NCBI GenBank assembly: GCA_963753345.1 | Contig: CAVWBU010000041.1 | Location: 1-64,000, forward strand | Reading direction: 5' to 3' | DNA: 64,000 bases | Source: an uncultured Fibrobacterota bacterium | GTDB taxonomy: Bacteria > Fibrobacterota > Chitinivibrionia > Chitinivibrionales > FEN-1185 | Part shown: positions 25,578-34,358 of the stretch, in pieces | How the letters are laid out: each line of letters starts with the position of its first letter | How positions within the stretch are numbered: position 1 is the first letter of the stretch | Notes under the pieces: generated by a model | Databases searched by the model: none | What the model was told of the DNA's origin: nothing | What the model saw: the letters and a program-made list of their open reading frames with translations, nothing else | Program-made: the position numbers and the translations under genes

Positions 25578-26015
25578 GTTAATAAGTATAGGCCGAAGCT
25601 CCTTGACGCGCGGGATTCTTGAGTCTTGAAAACAAGAATAAATTCAAAACTAATATCAAGATATGGAAAGGGCTCTGCCCTTTAGATCCCGCTGGGAAAG
25701 GGCAAACCACATAATGGATGGTGCGAAGCACCATTACCATACCCTTAAGAAATGAAATGACAAAATGCTTATTATATTCCCCCTCCAACCTCCCCCGCCG
25801 GGGAGGCTATTGACGGAGGGGATGGAAAGTCGCGGAGATTATCCTGGAGGTTTTTTGAGGAGTATCCATGTTGGACTGCCTTATAGTTGTGTTGGAGAGG
25901 TGGCAAAGGAACGGTTTGAGCTTGCTTTGCGGGACGGCGGAAATTGGTTTATGAATGGAGAGTTGAGAAGTCGAACAATAAGGCACGCAGACAACCAGGC
26001 GAAAAGCAGTCAAGC

Positions 26016-26369
26016 GTGAAAGTAAAGCTCAAATTGAGGCCGGGTGACAAGGGGACAAAGAAAGTTTCCGCCGAGTACGGCCACAGGCTCGTATGCGTTA
26101 GATACCGGTACGACAAAGCCGCCGCGAAACGATACAAAACCGTTGAGTTGATCGTTGAAGAAATCCCGTGGAAGCCGCGGCCCCACCCGGACGATCCGGT
26201 CTTTCTCAGAATAGGCTGGGACGAGAAAATCGCGCAGGAACGCATCAGGCACGCCGGCGGGAAATGGGACAGAACCAAAAAATTGTGGAAAATCGCTTAT
26301 GGGAAAGCAAAGGAACTCGGGCTCAGATCGAGGATACAGGAAGAAAAGGCAGGTGAAAAAAGCATATAG
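26016..26369 (+). CDS. Small basic hypothetical protein directly upstream of the attI-like site
   Basis: GTG start; LRPGDKGTKK..YGHRLVCVRYRYD..RYKTVELIVEE and AGGKWDRTKKLW segments. Confidence 0.75.
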   Translation: MKVKLKLRPGDKGTKKVSAEYGHRLVCVRYRYDKAAAKRYKTVELIVEEIPWKPRPHPDDPVFLRIGWDEKIAQERIRHAGGKWDRTKKLWKIAYGKAKELGLRSRIQEEKAGEKSI

Positions 26370-26475
26370 AGCTAGATGCTGAGGATGGATATACAAGTAG
26401 ATGAAAGAATATACTAATAGATGCTTTTATATAGAAGTAGATGAGGGTGGGAGTACACACAACGTCTAGTTGTGG
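26364..26475 (+). mobile_element. attI-like integron site with four upstream 15-bp direct repeats
   Basis: ATATA(C/G)NNNTAGATG at 26364, 26389, 26409 and 26429; simple site CACAAC-GTCTA-GTTGTG at 26458-26474. Confidence 0.6.
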
Positions 26476-26844
26476 TGCAATAAATTGTAGAAGCGATCAA
26501 GACAAATAGCCGCCGCCGAAACAAATTAGGAATCAGATTTGGAGAAATCCGTTTTAAATGCATGAAGATGCAGCGCTCTTGAGTTACGCCCCATCCTGGG
26601 GCGGAAACCCAATGATAAAACCAATACGGTTTATTATGAAAACTTCTGCCAACCATGCACGGCGTTGGGGCCAGAATTTAATAAAAATGTCGAAAAACCT
26701 CGACGGAGATGATATGATAGGAGCATAGTAAAAAGTTGTCCTACCCCAAGAAAGTTACAACAAAAAATGGTGTATTAAAATATTTTGCTAAATCAACAAT
26801 TATGCAACGATCAATCGAAAATAATCCTCAAATAGGGGGAGAAC

Positions 26845-28009
26845 ATGGCTGAATGGTATTATGCCATTGGTAATGAAAGAAAGGGCCCGGTTTCTTCTGA
26901 ATCAATTGTAGCATTTATTAAAAATGGAGAAATAAGCCCAAATACACTTGTCTGGAGACAAGGTATTGAAAACTGGATTCCTTTTACTCAATCAGAGCTG
27001 AGTAAGTCTGTAACGTTGAGCCCTCCACCGCCTCCAAAGGTGCCTGCGTCGCAAAAAAGTACTTCTGGTACCATCTTTGATATTGTTTCGTCTTTTTCTG
27101 TGAGATGCAAAGACAGTAAGATATTCTTTGCTCCAAATATCCCGGCAAACAAGCTTTCCAACGCCCTATTAGCATTCGCAAATGGGGTAGATCCTAATGA
27201 AGTTTGCCTGTTAGTTGACGATACTGTATTTGGTAATTCTAAAGACGGTTTTATTATTACGCAAACACATCTCTATTGCAAAGGCCTCAATGCCCTGGAA
27301 GGGAAAAGCGTAGATATTTCAAATATCAGGTCTGTTGCACTGACGCATGGAACAATTTTTAGTGACCTCTTTATAAACGACAATAAATTCTGTTCATTCT
27401 CACAATCTGACAAAGCAAACAGAGAGATTGTTGCTCAAATTATCCAAGCGCTCATTGGCAAAGTGCCGCCTAACCATAAAACCAATGTTCCCCTATCTAT
27501 TGACCAAGCACCTAAATATACTGATGCACAACCTGATGCAGTTGTGAGTGAACATTCTTTTAATAAAAATGGGAATTTGCGCCAGATGTGGAACGAGTTT
27601 TGGATTCGCACAATCTTATGGCACAAAATGTCAACCCACTCCCGACGCAACGTCCATTTCAAATTCTTCAATTAAATCTGTTTCTACATCAAAAACAATT
27701 AATGATAACCAGCAAACTTCTGTAATTGTGACTAGTTCATCATCCAACACAAATGGTCCTAACCCACTAATTCATTGGTTAATTTGGACAGCAGTAATCG
27801 CTATTATTGTATTTATCGGATCATGTCAATTAGGATTCTCACCAGACAACTTCTGGGATAACAATAATGCAATTGGGTATTTGGCAAATCAGCAAAAATC
27901 TGAAAACACAATATATAACATAATTTTGCTCACGATAGTAGTTCCATTATTTGTCTCTTGGTTGCCAGCATTAATTACTTACAAAATTGCTAAACATCTA
28001 AAAAAGTGA
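26845..28009 (+). CDS. GYF_2 (DUF4339) domain membrane protein; frameshift near 27571
   Basis: WYYAIGNERKGPV...TLVWRQGIENW; frames join as EHSFNKNG / ICARCG; two C-terminal TM segments; AT-rich. Confidence 0.7.
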
Positions 28010-28075
28010 TTATAAACTTACATAGAAATGATTGATAGCGGCATTGAAATGAATTTCAATGAGAGGGAATGAATT

Positions 28076-29234
28076 ATGGAATACCACCTTTCCAAAAGTG
28101 GAAAACAATCTGGCCCATTTTCCTTAGAGCAGATTAAGTCATTTCTTCTGGCAGGCACTTATAATAAAACGGACTTAGCATGGCGTATTGGAATGGATTC
28201 ATGGTTACCAATATCTTCCCTTCCAGAATTCTCGGCTGCTGACGAACCACCCCCAATACCGACCAATTTACCAATTTTTCCGCCATTGCCTCAAACACAA
28301 ATCCCTCCTTTAGACAGTAATACATCGGAACAAATAACGCCGAGTGATGTAGAGAAGAGTAAATCAAAAAAGAAAATGTCTCCCAAGGTTTACGCCTTAT
28401 TAGTAATGATCGGATTATTAGGAATTTTAGGAAAACAAATATTTGTTCAAAATAATGTTTCCAAAGAGCCTCTTAAAAGTGAAGCGACCAAGACTTCGTC
28501 CGAACCTGAGAATGCCGTAAAGAGCGGAATTCAAAATGAAGTAATCCCAAATACTGCTTCTAACGCTGTACCTGAACGTCATGGGTATGATGTGGATAGT
28601 GCATTTAAGATCGCAAATGCATTTGTGAATTCTTAAAAACTATGATAGTGCAATTATTTGTTATATGTCTATTGACAGTTTTCTTAAAGTGATATCAACA
28701 AATGATACTTCTGTTTCTTTTCAAATGCTTGCGTTATCAAAGTTGTCTTGGCTAACTTTTATTTCAAAACATTATGAACAATCTCTTTCTTATGCAAAAG
28801 ATCTGGACAAAATACTATTGGAAAGGCATCTGATATTCTCAGATAGTATTGTAAATGAACATAAAAACCAATCCATATATACAAAAATATGGAGTAATGT
28901 TGCCCTTGGCAATTTAAATGAAGCGATTCAGTTATCAGAAAATAAGAGTAAGCTGGGTTTAAACTGGGAAAAACAGGTAGATGGTTTTAAAATTACTCAG
29001 ATACTCGAAAATTCTCCTGCTGAACATGATCATTTGAAAATTGGCGATATACTTACATCCTTTAACAATATTCCCTTGGATAATATTACTATTGATTCTT
29101 TAGGTCGCCTTGTTAGCGCTTCTCCAAGAGGATCAAGAGTGTATTTGTCAATTATTCGAGACTCAAATAGAATGGCCGGATATATTACCATTGGCCTTAT
29201 AGATATCCCATATGCAACCTCCATTATCGATTAA
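28076..29234 (+). CDS. GYF_2 - Pro linker - TM - TPR-like - PDZ protein; frameshift near 28634
   Basis: YHLSKSGKQSGPF...LAWRIGMDSW; removing one T at tcttaaaaac gives AFVNSKNYDSAIICYMSID, continuous with 28665..29234; PDZ motifs LGLNW, NSPAE..LKIGDIL. Confidence 0.72.
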
Positions 29235-29414
29235 CGCGGTTTCAATACGAAAAGTGCCCGTTCCCAGAATTCTTTTTGCCGTGGAAAGGTGAATGGTATC
29301 AAAATGTTTCAGTGATTTTCATTTTTTCACGAGAAGTCTTATAATTTGGGCAAGCGGTTGCTCATCTATTTTTTTCCATTGAATGGAATAGATATTTTAA
29401 CATAGGAGAAACTT

Positions 29415-29747
29415 ATGACTATAAAATTAGAATGGCTGGAAACTTATGCCAAAGGTTGTGTTGATGTTTTTAAACCGAATGATTTTGCAAAGAATGTAAG
29501 AAATATTTCAAGAAGCCATCAGGTATTATTTGCTCAAAATCAAGGCAAGGGGAAAGCCAATCATATCGTTTTTATTGAGAATAATGTCGCATTTTTAAAT
29601 TATGAACCATTCAATGATAAGAATATTTTCCCTGGCATAATGATATTAATATTCGAAAATGTGAAGCGTCAAAAAGTAAAAGAGCTTTGGTGGAAGGATA
29701 AAGACGCATCCGAATACGCAAAGATCAAGTTTAGGCAAATTCCTTAA
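29415..29747 (+). CDS. Hypothetical protein (AT-rich island)
   Basis: AGGAG RBS, 110-aa ORF, no recognised motif. Confidence 0.55.
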   Translation: MTIKLEWLETYAKGCVDVFKPNDFAKNVRNISRSHQVLFAQNQGKGKANHIVFIENNVAFLNYEPFNDKNIFPGIMILIFENVKRQKVKELWWKDKDASEYAKIKFRQIP

Positions 29748-29920
29748 AATGATTTCATGCGAGTAATCTTTCTGTTTCCCCAAATAATTGCGCCTTCGCC
29801 ATTCCGTTCTGCGCAAATGAACAAATTGAAAGAGGATCGCTGCAAGAAAAGGACATAAAAAAAGACGAATCGGCGGCGGCGGAAAGACATAAAATCATGG
29901 TAGCGTTCCAATTTACGTGT

Positions 29921-30055
29921 CCACAACACACGCATGCCGGGCGCAAAGCCGCCCCAAATTGCCGCAGTTTTCATTGGAAAAGGCTCGTGTCCGCGCTTCG
30001 CTGGCACGAGCCTAAATTATAGGCAGCAACTTCGGCAGTGCGTGGAACGTTGTGG
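29921..30055 (+). mobile_element. Integron attC recombination site
   Basis: R'' CCACAAC / R' GTTGTGG; L boxes CACGCATGCCG / CGGCAGTGCGTG with one extra base; central hairpin GGCTCGTG..CACGAGCC. Confidence 0.8.
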
Positions 30056-30565
30056 TAATTCCTCACCGTATTGTACTGCAACACGGGGCTCCTGTGCGCA
30101 CTCCACTTCACCTCCCCCGTTTCCTTCTCTTCCCAACTTAGCTTCTTTCCCGCAGACACCGTAAAAAAACACGGACCTCATTGTCTGCAAAAACCGCACA
30201 AATGTATGTTTTAAGCATACAAATGACAGATAGTCAATATCCTTCCGGAGATTCCGTCTTTAGGTGCAGTGATGGTATTCACCTGACACCAGAAAATGCC
30301 ATGGGCTTGAATGGAACAAACATCTTTACTTCACAACTGCCGCTCCAAGGGTGCGCGCTTTTGTGTATCTAATTCCAAATTTTCACCCTCTCCGTGCCGG
30401 AGAGGGCGGGGTGAGGTTTTCGGTCTTGCCACAGGCCCCGCTACGCTGCACCCCGCGAAGCTCCCAAAGGCATTTTAATTTATTCATTTATTTATTGTAG
30501 AAGTCAATTGTCAGATAAATTCCGTATCAATACGCATCATTAAATCCCAACTTCCACCTTGTGAC

Positions 30566-30654
30566 CTCCCATCACCTCACCCGCCTCCTTCTCTTCATTC
30601 TTCTCTTTTGTATATCCTCCTCTTCCCAACCCGGTTTCCTTCCCGCAGACACCA
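30566..30654 (+). repeat. 89-bp direct repeat, left copy (right copy 31763-31851)
   Basis: ctcccatcacctcacccgcc...cccgcagacacca; one mismatch between copies by eye. Confidence 0.9.
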
Positions 30655-30694
30655 AAAACAACGCGGAATAACTTGTATGCTAAAACCGCACAAA

Positions 30695-30713
30695 TGTATG
30701 TTATAAGCATACA
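30695..30713. promoter_or_regulatory. Palindromic operator candidate upstream of the MNT antitoxin
   Basis: TGTATG-TTATAAG-CATACA ending 12 bp before ATG 30726; near-identical copy at 30203-30221. Confidence 0.6.
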
Positions 30714-30725
30714 AAGGAACGGACA

Positions 30726-31313
30726 ATGAACACCCTTGCCATGATTCTGTCCTCAAAGGCCCGTGCCGGGATTTTCAAACTCCTTTTCGGTATTGAGGCG
30801 CGGGATCTTCATCTTCGTGATATTGAGAGACGAACGGGGTTTGCCATAGGGACGGTGAAACAGGAAACATCCAAGCTCGTTCGGACCGGATTGGTTACAA
30901 AACGACTGGATGGAAATCGCACATACTTTCGTGCCAACACAAGCCATCCGCTGTACCCCGACATCCGGAACATGGTTCTCAAGAGCATAGGGCTTGCGGA
31001 TGCTCTGAAAGATGCTCTTTCCGACACGGCAATTCATTATGCTTTCGTGTTCGGCTCAATCGCCAGCGGCACCGAAAAGGCGGAAAGTGATGTTGACCTT
31101 TTTGTTATCGGGGACATCAGCCTCAGAGCTCTCAGCAAGTCGCTCAAGAAGTCTAGTTCGGAGATCGGCCGGGAAATTAACGCCCACGTAATGACCGAAA
31201 AAGAATTTGTCAAACGAAAGAAACAAAAAGAGCATTTTGTTTCGCATGTGCTCGAGTCTTCAAAATTGATGCTCAAAGGATCTGAGGATGAACTTGGCAG
31301 ATTGGGCGAATAA
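30726..31313 (+). CDS. HTH plus minimal nucleotidyltransferase (MNT) antitoxin-like protein
   Basis: N-terminal winged HTH (HLRDIERRTG..GNRTYF); FGSIASGTEKAESDVDL (GSx10DxD). Confidence 0.88.
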   Translation: MNTLAMILSSKARAGIFKLLFGIEARDLHLRDIERRTGFAIGTVKQETSKLVRTGLVTKRLDGNRTYFRANTSHPLYPDIRNMVLKSIGLADALKDALSDTAIHYAFVFGSIASGTEKAESDVDLFVIGDISLRALSKSLKKSSSEIGREINAHVMTEKEFVKRKKQKEHFVSHVLESSKLMLKGSEDELGRLGE

Positions 31314-31731
31314 CGGCTGGCTTCGCTCTCATAGAACCAGTCCTCAGGAAATTCACAACCTTCTTGATATTGTTGACCGCGATCTCAATGATGCGCAGCA
31401 AGAAGGGATTTCCGCCGACTGGCGGTTTGGAATTGCCTACAATGCCGCGCTGAAGCTGTGCACAATTCTTGTTTATGCGGAAGGCTATCGGCCCGAAAAA
31501 ACGCTTGCCCATTATCGAACGCTCCAAGCCCTGCCCTTGGTACTTGGCACGGAAAAAGAAGATGATGCTTCCTACCTTGATGCTTGTCGAACAAAGCGTA
31601 ATACCGTTGAATACGATTACGTCGGCGGAGCGACCGCGGCAGACGCTGACGAGCTTGTCAAATTCGTTTCTGATCTGAAAAGCCAGGTGATCGCCTGGAC
31701 AAGAAAGAATCATCCGAATCTGCTCGAGTGA
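31288..31731 (+). CDS. HEPN-like domain protein (putative toxin partner)
   Basis: Overlaps the MNT gene; helical pattern with IAYNAAL and RTKRNTVEYDY. Confidence 0.75.
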   Translation: MNLADWANNGWLRSHRTSPQEIHNLLDIVDRDLNDAQQEGISADWRFGIAYNAALKLCTILVYAEGYRPEKTLAHYRTLQALPLVLGTEKEDDASYLDACRTKRNTVEYDYVGGATAADADELVKFVSDLKSQVIAWTRKNHPNLLE

Positions 31732-31757
31732 ACAAACTCTCAGCGGTGAAAATTGCC

Positions 31758-32141
31758 ATGAACTCCCATCACCTCACCCGCCTCCTTCTCTTCATTCTTC
31801 TCTTTTGTATATCCTCCTCTTCCCAACCCGGCTTCCTTCCCGCAGACACCACCCCTGCCGCCGGAACGGGCGCGAGGATAACCGGCTACTGCCTGCTCGG
31901 GGTCGCCATTGCTCTTGCCGGATTTGGCGCGTACAGTTACTACGAATATATGTACACTCCTCTGACTCCGGTGACTTCGAGAGTGTATGACGAATACCCG
32001 TTCTTTCTGGTGGGAGGCTTCTGCTGCGGGTTCAGTTCAACAGTTCTTTTGCGCGCCGGGTATCACCAGAGAAGCGAATACAGGAAGTGGAAGAAAGGCG
32101 ATAGCGGCGCTCTTACCCTGGCGATTTCGTTCGAGTATTAG
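31758..32141 (+). CDS. Hypothetical secreted/membrane protein
   Basis: Signal-like N-terminus, two hydrophobic segments, C-terminal LAISFEY. Confidence 0.6.
   Translation: MNSHHLTRLLLFILLFCISSSSQPGFLPADTTPAAGTGARITGYCLLGVAIALAGFGAYSYYEYMYTPLTPVTSRVYDEYPFFLVGGFCCGFSSTVLLRAGYHQRSEYRKWKKGDSGALTLAISFEY
31763..31851 (+). repeat. 89-bp direct repeat, right copy
   Basis: Matches 30566-30654; encodes the signal peptide of 31758..32141. Confidence 0.9.
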
Positions 32142-32263
32142 CTGGACAAGAGGCAATCATCCTGAGCGACCTCCGGCGTATTCATTATGACCAGGATTGT
32201 TCGTGACAGAAGCGCATCTGTCAAATCCTCTTCCGGGAATTGTTGATTCCCGTCTTGTCTTTC

Positions 32264-32443
32264 GCGTCAGGCCGGACCGGAGGTCCCGCGAGAGCGGGAT
32301 GCCGCCGGGATTTTCAAATGTAGATTGTAGAATGATGAATGTAGATTGAAAAAGTAGAACAATTGGTTTTGTTGCATTTCTATTCTACATTCTGCATTCT
32401 ACATTCTACAATTATTGGGGCTGCCGTCTTCGGCGGGACGCCC
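32264..32443 (+). repeat. Structured element copy F, core replaced by inverted heptamer arrays
   Basis: GCGTCAGG..ACCGGAG-TCCCGC/GCGGGA-TGCCG, then TGTAGAW / TTCTACA arrays, then hairpin-GACGCCCAAATC. Confidence 0.6.
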
Positions 32444-32527
32444 AAATCTTCGTTTTTGTTTCAAAAGTCTTGGCGCAAGCCACCATTGTCCGTCAACCTT
32501 CCATCCCCTTTCTATTATATTATCCGC

Positions 32528-33067
32528 ATGCGGCCGGATATGAGGTCTCCTGCGGTTTCAGGTATGCTCTTGGGGGCTCTCGCGCTGTTTTCGGCTTTTT
32601 TTTTGTCCTGCGCGCCTTCCCGAACCGTCAAGCCCGCGCCCGGCGATGAGCGGTCGGTCCCGGAGGTGCGCGGCGGGTGCGGAGACTGCAAAAGTTCGCC
32701 GGACAGGCTCAAGAAGATCGTCGACTCCTATCTCGGCGTGCCTTACAAAACCGGCGGCATGAACAGGCGTGGGTTTGACTGTTCCGGATTCATCGTGACG
32801 GTGTTCCGGGAATATAGCGGAGAGCGGCTTCCGCGCTCGACCAGGGAGCTTAAGCGGGTGGGGCGCAAGGTTTCCAAGAACGATGCCCGGCCCGGCGACC
32901 TCGTCTTTGTCAAGGGAGGCGTTTTCGGGTCCATTAACCATGTGGGGATTTACATGGGAAACGGCGCGTTCGCGCACGCAAGCTCTTCGCATGGCGTCCG
33001 TTACGACAGGCTTGACGACGAGTATTACACAAAGCATTTTGCAATGATACGGAGGATTTTCCAATGA
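32528..33067 (+). CDS. NlpC/P60 (C40) cell-wall peptidase lipoprotein
   Basis: Lipobox FLSC; YLGVPY..GG..GFDCSGF; PGDLVF; HVGIY; HASSS. Confidence 0.92.
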   Translation: MRPDMRSPAVSGMLLGALALFSAFFLSCAPSRTVKPAPGDERSVPEVRGGCGDCKSSPDRLKKIVDSYLGVPYKTGGMNRRGFDCSGFIVTVFREYSGERLPRSTRELKRVGRKVSKNDARPGDLVFVKGGVFGSINHVGIYMGNGAFAHASSSHGVRYDRLDDEYYTKHFAMIRRIFQ

Positions 33068-33915
33068 AGATCGCGTTTGCCGGCGAGCGGGGTGCGTTTT
33101 CCGAACTTGCCGCGTCACAGTACTTCGGGCCGCGCCACGCGCTGTCGGCGGTGCCCGAGTTCGACGACGTATTCGCGGCGGTGTCGCGCGGCAGGGCGCA
33201 GCGCGGCATTATCCCCATCGAAAACTCCCTCACGGGCAGCATCCACCAGAACTACGATTTGCTGCTCGAAAAAGAACTGTTCATTACGGGAGAGATTTTT
33301 CTCCGGGTGTCCCATTGCCTTATCGCGAACCACGGCGTGCGGCGGCACGACATCCGCCGGGTCTTTTCGCACCCGCAGGGGCTCGCCCAGTGCAGGAACT
33401 TTCTCGGAAAACTCCCGCAGGTGGAACGCGTTCCGGTCTCCAACACGGCCGTGGCGGTGCGGAAGATACGCGACGCCGGGCTTCTTGACGCGGCGGCAAT
33501 CGCCTCGCTCCAGGCCGCCATCGACTACGACATGAACGTGCTCGCGCACAACATCGAGGACAACAAGGCGAACATAACCCGCTTCCTCATCCTTTCCAAC
33601 GACTGCGCGCCGTCCCCGCAGAAGACCAAACACTACAAGACCTCCGTGGTGTTTTCGCTCAAGAACATCCCGGGCGCTCTGTTCCGGGCGCTCAGCGTTT
33701 TTGCGCTGCGCGACATCGACCTTCTCAAGATCGAATCGCGGCCCGTGCACGGCAAACCGTTCGAATACCTCTTTTACCTTGACTTTGCGGGAGACTGCCG
33801 CGACGAGCGCCAGGATAACGCCCTCAACCACCTGAAAGAAATCACCATGCTCATGCGGACCCTGGGTTCTTATGAGTGCGGGAAATTGGTGGATCCTGAT
33901 TATAAGAAGAGATAA
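33064..33915 (+). CDS. pheA: Prephenate dehydratase with ACT domain
   Basis: GERGAFSE, PIENS, SHPQGLAQC, NITRF, KIESRP. Confidence 0.93.
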   Translation: MKIAFAGERGAFSELAASQYFGPRHALSAVPEFDDVFAAVSRGRAQRGIIPIENSLTGSIHQNYDLLLEKELFITGEIFLRVSHCLIANHGVRRHDIRRVFSHPQGLAQCRNFLGKLPQVERVPVSNTAVAVRKIRDAGLLDAAAIASLQAAIDYDMNVLAHNIEDNKANITRFLILSNDCAPSPQKTKHYKTSVVFSLKNIPGALFRALSVFALRDIDLLKIESRPVHGKPFEYLFYLDFAGDCRDERQDNALNHLKEITMLMRTLGSYECGKLVDPDYKKR

Positions 33916-33922
33916 GGGATTT

Positions 33923-34060
33923 GGGCGCCCCGCCGCTTTGCGGCGGCGGCCGTCCTTCCGGTCTCGGCCTTCGGCCTCGGGCCGCCTCGGCCCTATGCCG
34001 CAGTGGCGGCGGGTCCGGGCGGCACCGCGCTCTTGCGCGGCCTCCAGTTCTGCCTGGCGC
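33923..34060 (-). ncRNA. Structured intergenic element, copy E
   Basis: Reverse complement reads GCGCCAGG..ACTGGAG-CCGCGC/GCGCGG-TGCCGC..GCGGC-GAGGCCGAAGGCCGAG-CCGGAAGG-hairpin-GCGCCCAAATC. Confidence 0.6.
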
Positions 34061-34183
34061 TTGGCAGAGGGAACTCTGCACAATCTCCACACGTCTGACT
34101 CATAAGAATTCGCGTACGCTGTCTAATGAGGATTCGAGTTGGCGCAAAAATCAATTCTTGACAGAATAGATTTCTGTTACCGC

Positions 34184-34342
34184 GCGTTAGGTGGACCGGA
34201 GGGTGAGCGAGAGCGAATTGCCGCCCGATCCCTAGCCGAAGGCGGTTGGGACAGGCGGCAACGAGGCGAGCAGCCGAGTCCGAAGGGAGACCGACCCCTT
34301 TTCAGGGGTGCATGGATGCGCCCCTGAAAAGGGGGAACGCCC
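34184..34342 (+). ncRNA. Structured intergenic element, copy B
   Basis: GCGTTAGG..ACCGGAG, TTGCCG/CGGCAA, GAGGC..GCCGAG, CCGAC, long hairpin CCCCTTTTCAGGGG/CCCCTGAAAAGGGG, AACGCCCAAATC. Confidence 0.6.
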
Positions 34343-34358
34343 AAATCTTTTTTTCTAT

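Noticed and set aside
25695-25740. GGGCAAACC start suggestive of a c-di-GMP-I riboswitch
   Set aside because: No GAAA tetraloop stem or GACGCAAAGC segment follows, and no suitable gene lies directly downstream.
25579-26013. Short minus-strand ORFs as an integrase remnant
   Set aside because: No tyrosine-recombinase motifs (R, HxxR, Y) are recognisable.
26364-26443. Direct repeats as a mini CRISPR array
   Set aside because: Repeats are 15 bp with 5-10 bp gaps and no cas genes are present.
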